Shown here one piece after another: positions 52,772-64,000 of a stretch of 64,000 nucleotides of DNA. The notes under the pieces were generated by a model. That model was not told the origin of the DNA. It saw only the letters and a list, made by a program, of their open reading frames with translations, and did no database searches. The stretch is taken from assembly GCA_951406725.2 (NCBI GenBank), contig OX597838.1, forward strand, positions 30,008,001 through 30,072,000. The letters run 5' to 3'. The translations under genes and the position numbers were made by a program. The stretch comes from Octopus vulgaris. Its lineage: Eukaryota. Each line of letters opens with the position of its first letter. Positions within the stretch are counted from its first letter, which is position 1.

Positions 52772-52812
<41 letters not shown>

Positions 52813-52835
52813 ATTTGCATAATAGTGGTTTTGTC

Positions 52836-52898
<63 letters not shown>

Positions 52899-53170
52899 TA
52901 TGTATGCATGTTATATGTATGTATGTAGTTGTGTGTGTGAGTGTATATATATATATATCTATGTGCATGGATGTGTCTTCGTGTCTGCGTTTGTCCACCA
53001 TCACCTCTTCACAACCGGTATTGGTGTGTTTACGTCCCCGTAATTTAGCAGTTCGGCAAAAGTATTAGGCTTAATAAAAAGTCTTGGGGTCGATTTGTCC
53101 GACAAAATCCCCTTCAAGGCGGTGCCCCAGCATGGCCGCGGTTAGATGGCTGAAACAAATAATGAGGATA
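52540..53170 (+). mobile_element. SINE family C with expanded (TA)n
   Basis: Head and tail blocks as in other copies. Confidence 0.85.
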
Positions 53171-53228
53171 AAAAAAAGATGTATGTATATATGTAGGTAC
53201 GTATGCATGTATGTATGTAGGTATCGAA

Positions 53229-54060
53229 GTATGTGCGTGCCTTTGTGTCAGTGTTAGTCTCTCCCTCACCCCCACCACCACTTGACGACCGGTGTTGGTT
53301 TGTTTACATCTATGTAACTTAGCGGTTCGGCAAAAGTTATCAGTATAATAAATACCAGACTTTAAAATAAGGAGTGAGAGAGATTTATTCGACGAAATCC
53401 TGCAAGGCAGTGCTACAGCATGGCCGCAGTCCAATGACTGAAACACGTAAAAGATAAACACATACATGCGCACATATATACAGACACATTCATACGTCCA
53501 TTCATGCACACATACGTATAGAAATACATATATACAAATACACGCATACATATACACATATATACATACATACGTCCACACATACAAGCATGCTTGTGTG
53601 TATGTAATGTATGTGTGTATGCACGTGTGAATATACATGTCTGTGCATGTTATGTATGTGTATGTATGTATGTGTATGTACGCTTGTATGTATGGACGTA
53701 TGTATGTATATATGTGTATATATATGCGTGTATTTGTATGTATGTATTTCTAGACGTATGTGTGCATGAATGGATGTATGTATGTATGTATGTATGTATG
53801 TGTCTGTATATATGTGTGCATGTATGTGTTTATTTTCTACGTGTTTCAGTCATTGGACTGCGGCCATGCTGTAGCACTGCCTTGCAGGATTTCGTCGAAT
53901 AAATCTCTCTCACTCCTTATTTTAAAGTCTGGTATTTATTATACTGGTAACTTTTGCCGAACCGCTAAGTTACACGGACGTAAGCAAACCAACACCGGTC
54001 GTCAAGTGGTGGTGGGGGTGAGGAAGAGACTAACACTAACACAAAGGCACGCACACATAC
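53229..54060. repeat. Large inverted duplication of a SINE C tail plus flank (~365-bp arms)
   Basis: ~53229-53595 is the reverse complement of ~53680-54060. Confidence 0.85.
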
Positions 54061-54325
54061 AATGGGCTTCTTTTAGTTTCCATCCACCAAATTCACTCAA
54101 AAGGCTTTGATCAGCTGCTGGGATTTAGTAGAAAACTCTTGCCGACCGTAACACGCAACAGGTTAGAACACAAAACCACGAAGCTGCAAAGCCATCTTCG
54201 TTAACCACACCTTTTTAGTTTCATTTCAAAATTTCTTGCCAATGGAGAATGGGCCGGTTTCAAACCCCGGGACGAAGCTCCTTCATTGGACTTTAAACAA
54301 CATCAATCGGATGTTCGTGCATTTA

Positions 54326-54582
54326 TTGAGTTGGTGCATAATCATTGCGGCTTTTTCTTTTTTTTCAACAAGTTTTATTCAACGAAAACAATGACCACAT
54401 GTAACAAAAACATCTTTAAATGATTATTCCGGAGCATATTCACCATCTACTTCAATTACTGCTTCCCATTTGCTTGGCAGACGGTCAGACCGTCGTTTAA
54501 AGATGTTTTTGTTAAATATTGTTATTGTTTTTGTTGAATAAAATTTGTTGAAAAAAGCCGCAATAATTATGCACCAACCCAA
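54326..54582. mobile_element. Mariner-derived MITE
   Basis: TA-TTGAGTTGGTGCATAAT...ATTATGCACCAACCCAA-TA; internal minus-strand RLPSKWEAVIEVDGEY. Confidence 0.85.
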
Positions 54583-54689
54583 TAACTCTGTATATTTGTG
54601 CAAATTTTTGGAGTTAGTGTATGCGAAGAGTTGAATAGTTTGTTTTACTTATGACTTATCATATATATAGTTGCATGTCTAGACACCTG

Positions 54690-54871
54690 TATTCTTTCAT
54701 TCTTTTATTCTTTGATCTGTATCTGTCATTTTGCCTGCCCTTTAGTCGAACAAATGGACCCGAGGACATATTCTTTGTAAGCCTAGTACTTATTCTATCG
54801 GGTCATTTTTTTGGACGTAAACACACCAACAGCGGTTGTTAAGCGATTGTGGTGGTGGTACAAACACAGGT

Positions 54872-54902
<31 letters not shown>

Positions 54903-55073
54903 CATATACAGAGGGCTTCTTTCAGTTTCCATCTACCAAATCCGCTCACAAGTCTTTGGTCGGCCCAAGGCTATAGTAGAAAACACTTGCCCAAGGTGCC
55001 ACACAGTGGGACTGAACCTGGAACCATGCGGTTGGGAAGTCAAGCTTCTTACCACACAGCCGCTCCCGTGCCT
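54690..55073 (-). mobile_element. SINE family C
   Basis: Matches other copies. Confidence 0.85.
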
Positions 55074-55593
55074 GTATATATAAATATATGCTAAACTTTT
55101 GGCAAGTTTTACATATTTTGATAGTTCCATTGATGGCTTGTAACTGCAATCCCCTAATTAGCTGTCTCCCTTCCTGTTTTGAGAACCCGCATTTCTGCAA
55201 GGGTGGCACTGGGGGAGATGGCTACATTACCGAGTGTCCTCACAATCGCGGGTATATGTGTAAACTCGTAATCAGGGTGGAATCTATATATGCATGTATG
55301 TATATGTATGAATGCATATATGTATGTATGTATGTATGTGTGCGTGGTTGTATATGGTGTGAGTGAGCATGCATGTATGTGTGTATGTGTGTGCATGTTT
55401 GTATGTATCTACGTATGTGTGCATATATGTATGTGTGTTGATGTTTGTGTTTATGTATATATGTATATATATGTATATATATATACATATATATATGTAT
55501 AGATATATGTAAATATATATATATATATAGATATATGTAAATATGTATGTATATATATGTGTGTGTAAATGTATGTATATATGTATATATATA

Positions 55594-55650
<57 letters not shown>

Positions 55651-55664
55651 ACATATATGTGCAC

Positions 55665-55720
<56 letters not shown>

Positions 55721-55721
55721 G

Positions 55722-55817
<96 letters not shown>

Positions 55818-55854
55818 GATTATCTATTTATCTATCTATCTGTCTGTCTATCTG

Positions 55855-55905
<51 letters not shown>

Positions 55906-56157
55906 GTCTGTCTGTCTGTCTGTCTATGTGGAAGATGTATGAATCCTAAATACACATGTAGCGTACTATTCTGGCTCACATTTCTCAGATACAGCATTCA
56001 TTCACTTTCTGCTGTCAGCGACTGCAAAACGTGATCGGCTGCTCCTACACAAGCCATCACCACCATAAACAAATCGTCTGCGTAGGCGGTCTAAAGTTGA
56101 AGCCGACAGAAGGATTCGCTATACTATCTCTTTCCGTCTGTCTGTGTCTGTCGGTCC

Positions 56158-56265
<108 letters not shown>

Positions 56266-56489
56266 AAGCGTGTGTGCGTACGTGTGTGGCGACACGTTCT
56301 TTTTATCTATAGATGGATAGATAGATAGATAGACTGATGGATAGATGTATTTCGTGGGTGGGGGCAAGGAATTTTGCCAATAATTATTTCTACTTTTGGT
56401 ACAAGGTTAGCAATTTTTGAGAGGCGGGATAAGTCGATTACACATCCACACCTGCACCTATACATAGAAACATATATATATTTACATAT

Positions 56490-56810
56490 ATGCTTAGCGG
56501 TATTTCGTCTGTCTTTACGTTCTGAGTTCAAATTCCGCCGAAGTCGACTTTGCCTTTCATCCTTTCGGGGTCTATAAATAAAGTACCAGTTACGTACTGG
56601 GGTCGATCTAACCGACTGGCCCCTTCCCACAAATTTCGCATCTTGTGCCTAGAGTAGAAAAGAATATTTTCATATTCTTTAAAGGAGGTCGACCTTGCCT
56701 TTCATCCTTTCGGAGTTGATAAATTAAGTACCAGTTGCATACTGGGGTCGATCTAATCGACTGGCTCCTTGCCCCCAAAATGTCGGTCCTTGTGCCTAGA
56801 ATAGAAATGA
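56490..56810 (+). mobile_element. SINE family A, short-tail subfamily, partial dimer
   Basis: Body and the CTGGCCCC...TGTGCCTAGA tail. Confidence 0.82.
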
Positions 56811-56890
56811 GTATTGTTCACCTGTTTACATAATGTGCATTTTATTATCACCCGTTCCTCGAATTTTTGAAACAGCTGTAACGATGTATA

Positions 56891-57399
56891 CAAGGTCTGA
56901 TCAAAAAGTATCGAAACAGGTGTTATGAGAAGAAAACTATAACACATATCACTTCGGTAATTAATCTCCTTCGAAGAAGTCTCAAGCTGAAGCCACGTAC
57001 TTTATCCAGCATAGTTTCCATTGATGGAAGCCTTCCTGGAAATCCTCTTTTGGGACAGTAAGGCAGCTGCCTTGTCTCATTCTCTTGGGTATCTTTGACA
57101 TCTTGAAATCATGTTCCTTTTAAATTTGAAAGATTCTTGGCCGTAATAACCTTTAAACCGTGCCTCTTTCCCCGCACACATTCACGCGCACACAGAAACT
57201 CAAATTTTCTGTGCCACGGTCACTGATGGAAACGTGGTGTGTGGTGGAACTCTACAGACTTTATTCCCAAGCATTGCAATAAACAACAGAAGTGACCGAG
57301 GACATTATATCTTGCACAGCAAAGTCAAACTGTGCCAAATTATGCCTACTTTAGCTTCGTTACCATAGCAAGTTCCAATATTTCTTTGAGAAGGCCTTG
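56891..57399 (-). mobile_element. Internally deleted mariner-like element
   Basis: TA-CAAGGTCTGATCAAAAAGT and imperfect inverse AGGCCTTG-TA; minus-strand C-terminus FHQWK..W.K......FFEGD*. Confidence 0.6.
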
Positions 57400-57701
57400 T
57401 ACTTACATCCTTGAATATATGTGCAACATTTCAAATAAATGAATTCTTATACTTATGATTTGTACATCTTTCCTTTATATCATTCGTTCAAACTTTTAGT
57501 CAAGGCATTCACTTCTTTAGCCTCTTAAGGAAGTTTGAGTTGAAGCCTTCGGTCAGTCTGAGCGCTAATTTGGTGCTTGCTCTAGCATCTTCCCATCCTT
57601 GAAGACTCAAAGCTTTCCATACACCCCTAGTATATGTGCATAATATTTTTGAAATTTGTATATCTCGTTCATGCGATACATGTACACACACACACACACA
57701 C

Positions 57702-57771
<70 letters not shown>

Positions 57772-57775
<4 letters not shown>

Positions 57776-58045
57776 GCAGCGTGGAAGGTGTTTGTAAGCC
57801 ATTTAAGAAACACACAAAAGCCGTTCGAGTCACTTAAGGAGATGCAGCACGGATTTTTGTCAGTGAACAGGTCGCGGATTTTAGCGACGAAAATATTTTG
57901 ACAACTTAAAAACTTAAATGTTAAAGTGAATCGAACGGCTTTTGTGTGTTTCTTAAATGGCTTACAAACACCTTCCACGCTGCAATTGTTTTCGTTCCAG
58001 CAGACGATCTCAGATCAAATCACTTGCTATGCGAGTACATCTCCG

Positions 58046-58046
<1 letters not shown>
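57772..58046 (+). mobile_element. PLE pLTR-like piece with 5' inverted segment and G3-C8 HHR (57857-57904), in (TA)n
   Basis: 57772-57828 is the reverse complement of ~57931-57988; same family as 8685-8880. Confidence 0.72.
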
Positions 58047-58093
<47 letters not shown>

Positions 58094-58112
58094 CATGTAT
58101 ATATTTACACAT

Positions 58113-58145
<33 letters not shown>

Positions 58146-58158
58146 CATGCATATATAC

Positions 58159-58205
<47 letters not shown>

Positions 58206-58262
58206 CATGTATATACATGTATATATATATACACATGTATATTTACATATGTATATATATAT

Positions 58263-58317
<55 letters not shown>

Positions 58318-58384
58318 TATATATATATATATAGGGTTGAGGAATTTTCTTCAAATTTATTTTAAACAAAAATCCAACAACAAA

Positions 58385-59509
58385 TTAATCAATAATATAC
58401 TCTTCGTTGCTGTTTACGACTTCCTCCCATCGTTCAATAAGTTCCTCGGTGCCTCGGCCATAAAAACCTCCCGGTCTTGACCCCCAAAATTCGTCCGCGC
58501 AGGTCCTCAATTCCACGTCATTATCGAGCGATACACCGCGCAAAGCGTTCGAAAGCGGTCGAAAGAGATAAAAATCTGACGGTGCCAAGTCTGGAGAATA
58601 TGGTGGATGAGGCAGCACTTCCCAGTTGAGTTCTTGAATCGCAGCTTTGATCATATTGGCGATGTGAGGATGGGATTTTTCGTGTTGCAGAAGAACGCCA
58701 TTTCGCCAATTTGATCTTTTTTGCTGAAATGCTTCGTTGAGTCGATGCAGTTGTTGAACGTGGAGCTTCGCATTGAGCTTTTGGTTGCGCTAAAACAGTT
58801 CGTAATGAATTATGTCTTCCCAGTCCCATCATACACATAGTATGGTCCTTCAAAGATGAAGGTTTTGTTTTGCTCGCAGAATCGCTTATTTGTCGGGGCT
58901 GAGCCATTCTTTTCGTTGCTTCATACTGGCGTAAAAGAACCATTTTTCATCGCCAGTGGCAATGCGGTAAAGAAAACGTTGTTTGTGACCATGTGTTGAG
59001 CGACGTCGAGCGAGCAAAGCGGCGGTGATTGTAGAGCTATGATTTTGGTTGTTTTCGCTCAAAGTGTGTGGCACCCAAGCACCGAGTTTTTGAACCTTGC
59101 TCATTGAATGAAGATGGTTCACCACAGTTTTTTTTATTAGAATCCATCTGCTCGGCCAATTCTCTGGTCGTTTGACGTGGATTTTCGTGAAGAAGTTGAT
59201 TAAATCACTGTTCATCGAACTCAATTGGTCAATCGGTGTGTGATCCGTCCTTAAGGTCAAAATATCCTATTTTCGAAGCGCAAAGACCAACGGTGGCCGG
59301 TACTTTGAGGCATTGCTCCTTCTCCATACAGAGCACAAATCTCACGAGCAGCGTCGGCGGCCTGAAACCCTCGATTAAACGCAAAAAGCAAATGGCGGCC
59401 TTAACACCTTGATTAAACGCAAAAAGCAAATGGCGGCCTTAACACCCCGATTAAACGCAAAGAGCAAATAATGTCGAAAAGGCTCAGTTTTGTCCATTTG
59501 ACATTCCAT
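58385..59509 (-). pseudogene. Near-full-length mariner transposase pseudogene
   Basis: MECQMDK..FRHYLLFAFN, WVPHTL, TGDEKW, HPPYSPDLAPSDF, ERWEEVVNSNEEYIID*; frameshifted; TIR end at 58334 next to TA. Confidence 0.93.
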
Positions 59510-59639
59510 TTTAAAGATCTGAAAATACACAAAAATTAATGAAATTTAAAAAATCAAAACACAGTCCTGTTTAGCGAAAAAATTCTCTTTTAAATAACTT
59601 AAAGCATTTTGCCAATGCGTTTTATTTCTGTGTGCATGT

Positions 59640-59920
59640 TTCTTCCTTCTTTGACGTTACCTTCTTCTTTCGAGCTTCTTGCCGTGATGTAGGTTTATCT
59701 TGGCCCTTAGACAGCAGGAGGTCAAGTTGTTTCTTAAAAACATTTACCCCCTACTCCATGTTTTAGCAAGGCGTTAAATAGATATGAGCTCTTGATTTCC
59801 AAGCTATTGCAACGCATGGCCCTCTCTCAAGACAGGATGGGTGGGACTTTTGGGAAAAGAGCAGTGATGTCCAACTCATGTGCTGCTATAACTCTCGAAG
59901 TCACAGTTTGGTGACTACCC
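59640..59920 (-). mobile_element. CR1-like LINE 3' fragment
   Basis: CNSL...LFNAL...VFKKQLD...PTSRQEAR, homologous to 32625-32800. Confidence 0.7.
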
Positions 59921-59943
59921 CTCTAAGATATTCCATACACACA

Positions 59944-60005
<62 letters not shown>

Positions 60006-60079
60006 CATAAATATAAGGGCACTAATATTGTTGTTATACATACATACAAGCATATGTAATGATAATAATGGGTGGATGT

Positions 60080-60525
60080 AAACACATGAACAAAATTAGA
60101 ACAAAAGCAACAACAACAAAAACAAAATACAAATTACAAGAATGTATATAACCAGAAGATACAAATATTACAGGCATCCCCCCCACACACACACTAAATA
60201 AACATAGACGCACATAGAGATATAAGCATGCGCAAATGAAGACATACAATAGAAATACAAAATGGCTGACGGTTAGTAAGGAGAGACACAAGTAAGTGAG
60301 AAGAAAACAAAGGACCACTGATGCGGTCACAGGAGTGTGACGAAAGAACTTTGGCCGAAATAAGATTAAGATTAATGTAAAAAATAAATATCACTGAAGC
60401 AAAATAACACCAAATATATAGTGCGTGTGTTTTTATTGGCTAAACTGGCAATATGACCATTCCGAAATATAACAATATCTGTTTCAACACACGACTTCAC
60501 ATAAAAAATCTTGCACAACAAATAT
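60080..60525 (+). mobile_element. Solo PLE pLTR-like copy with degenerate HHR (60315-60354)
   Basis: Diverged inverse of ~60875-61130; 60366-60475 also present at ~22645-22752. Confidence 0.65.
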
Positions 60526-60764
60526 TTAAACGTATATATATATATATATATATATACATACATATATACAAAATAAGAAAATGGAGGAATAGATTCCTTT
60601 CAATCATCAACTTCCAGATAATATCAATTCATATAATTTATTAACTAATTAATTAAATTAAATAGGAACATCCAAATCCAACAGAATAAGACAGAATAAA
60701 ACAATATACATCAATAAGTAAGATAATACCATAAAAATAATACATATAAAATGGATCTTACAGC

Positions 60765-62496
<1,732 letters not shown>

Positions 62497-62513
62497 GAGA
62501 ACATATTTATGAG

Positions 62514-62684
62514 TATCAGACGGGAAGATATCAGAGGGAAAATATCAGACGAGAAGATATCAGACGATAGGATATCAGAGGGGAAGATATCAGAGGGGAA
62601 GTTATCAGATGGGAAGATATCAGACGGGAAGATATCAGAGGGGAAGTTATAAGACGAGAAGATATCATACGGGTGATATCACAC
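62514..62684. repeat. 15-bp minisatellite (TATCAGACGGGAAGA), about 11 copies
   Basis: Direct reading. Confidence 0.9.
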
Positions 62685-62783
62685 AAGGAGCTTCGTTGTT
62701 TTTTTTTTATTTTGTATGTTTTGTTTCTTTATATATAATTATTTTTACACCATGATTTTCTTGCTCTTATTTCGATTATTCAG

Positions 62784-62853
62784 CTTGGAAATGCTGCGAT
62801 ATTAAAGGACGCGAACTCTGACAACCTGGATGAGCTTTTAATTGAATTAGAAC
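62784..62853 (+). CDS. Candidate exon (LGNAAILKDANSDNLDELLIELE)
   Basis: Pyrimidine-rich acceptor ...ATTATTCAG, donor GTAAGT, open frame, ends in phase 1. Confidence 0.6.
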
Positions 62854-62993
62854 GTAAGTTGAATAATTTTTTCTTTTATTCTTCTACTTGCTTCAATCGT
62901 TAGATCGCGACCACGCTGGGGCACCGCCATGAAGAATTTCTAGTCGAATAAATCGACATTTATTTTGTTATTTTGTTAAAAGCCTAGTACTTA

Positions 62994-63560
62994 GGCGGCG
63001 AGTTGGCAGAGTGGTTAGCACGCCGAGCGAAATGCTTAGCAGTATTTCGTCTGCTATTACGTTCTGAGTTCAAAATCCGTCGAGGTCGACTTTGCCTTTC
63101 ATCCTTTCGGGGTCGATAAATTAAGTACCAATTACGCAATGGGGTCGGTATAATCGACTTAATCCGTTTGTCTGCCCTTGTTTGTCCCCTCTGTGTTTAG
63201 CCCCTTGTGAGTAGTAAAGAAATAGGTATTTCGTCTGCTGTTACGTTCTAAGTTCAAATTCCGTCGAGGTCGACTTTGCCTTTCATCCTTTCGGGGTCGA
63301 TAAATTAAGTAAAATTACGCAATGGGGTGGTATAATCGACTTAATCCGTTTGTCTGTCCTTGTTTGTCCCCTCTGCGTTTAGCCCCTTGTGGGTAGTAAA
63401 GAAACAGGTATTTCGTCTGCCGTTACGTTCTTAGTTCAAATTCCGCCGAGGTCGACTTTACCTTTCATCCTTTCGGGGTCGATAAATTAAGTACCAGTGA
63501 AACACTGGGGTTCATGAAATGCACTTAATTCCCTCCCCCAAGATGCCCTTGTGGCAAAAA
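62994..63560 (+). mobile_element. SINE family A trimer (intronic in the candidate gene)
   Basis: One head and three bodies; the last has the alternative tail. Confidence 0.9.
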
Positions 63561-63727
63561 TTTGAAATCATCATCATCATCATTATTTTTATCATTGCTG
63601 TTATTGTTGTGGTCGTTCTTGTTGTGATCATCGTCGTTTTTAAGCGCAATTGCGTGACTTCCAACATTCTTATTCTGTCTCCCCACTGTTTCCATATAAT
63701 TTATTAACTTATTTTTTCTTTTGTTAG

Positions 63728-63772
63728 GAAAACGAAGTAACGACGTTATAGAAGATGATGTTCTGGCTAAAA
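63728..63772 (+). CDS. Candidate exon (RKRSNDVIEDDVLAK)
   Basis: Acceptor TTTTTTCTTTTGTTAG, donor GTAAGT, 45 nt phase 1-1, joins the previous exon in frame. Confidence 0.6.
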
Positions 63773-63937
63773 GTAAGTACACACCAACTCCGCATTTGTC
63801 TCTCTTTGGCTTTCTTGTCCAAGAATTTAATCATTGATCCAAAATATTTTTCGATTATAGGGAATATCGCCATAAACATTTTTGCCGTAAGAAGCGTTAC
63901 CGTATTCACAATAACAGAGCTAATTGTATAAGCATTA

Positions 63938-64000
63938 TCTCTCTCTATATAAACGGCAGTTTGTCTGTCTGTGTGTCTGTGTGTCTGTCAGGTTGTACCC
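63938..64000 (+). mobile_element. 5' end of a non-autonomous Helitron
   Basis: A|TCTCTCTCTATATAAACGGCAGTTTGTCTG matches the 5' end of 22127-22514. Confidence 0.75.

Noticed and set aside
62752-62805. ATG-initiated signal peptide directly upstream of the 62784 exon
   Set aside because: That ATG is in another frame and hits TAA after 17 codons; the exon frame has a stop at 62736 with no ATG.

Overview
AT-rich, microsatellite-saturated eukaryotic DNA. The SINE repertoire suggests an octopus or other coleoid cephalopod; this is an inference. There is no intact long CDS, and almost all ORFs in the track are translations of (TA)n/(CA)n/(TATG)n/(TATC)n/(ATG)n tracts or SINEs. The identifiable content is: three tRNA-headed SINE families, one forming head-less tandem multimers; decayed CR1-like, RTE and R4/Dong-like LINEs; two Penelope-like element (PLE) remnants with RT and GIY-YIG motifs; mariner and hAT remnants or MITEs; and non-autonomous Helitrons. 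The main hidden layer is about 14 minimal type-I hammerhead ribozyme (HHR) motifs from about 7 sequence families. They sit in short PLE pseudo-LTR-like pieces, usually in (TA)n tracts and often with inverted duplications. They include an ORF-less 534-bp HHR-to-HHR repeat (retrozyme-like) and a family with a swapped G3-C8 core pair. Two small + strand exons near the end encode an acidic propeptide-like segment with an RKR site. Two weaker - strand exon candidates near the start encode a putative type II membrane N-terminus. All alignments and folds were made by eye and coordinates of decayed elements are approximate.
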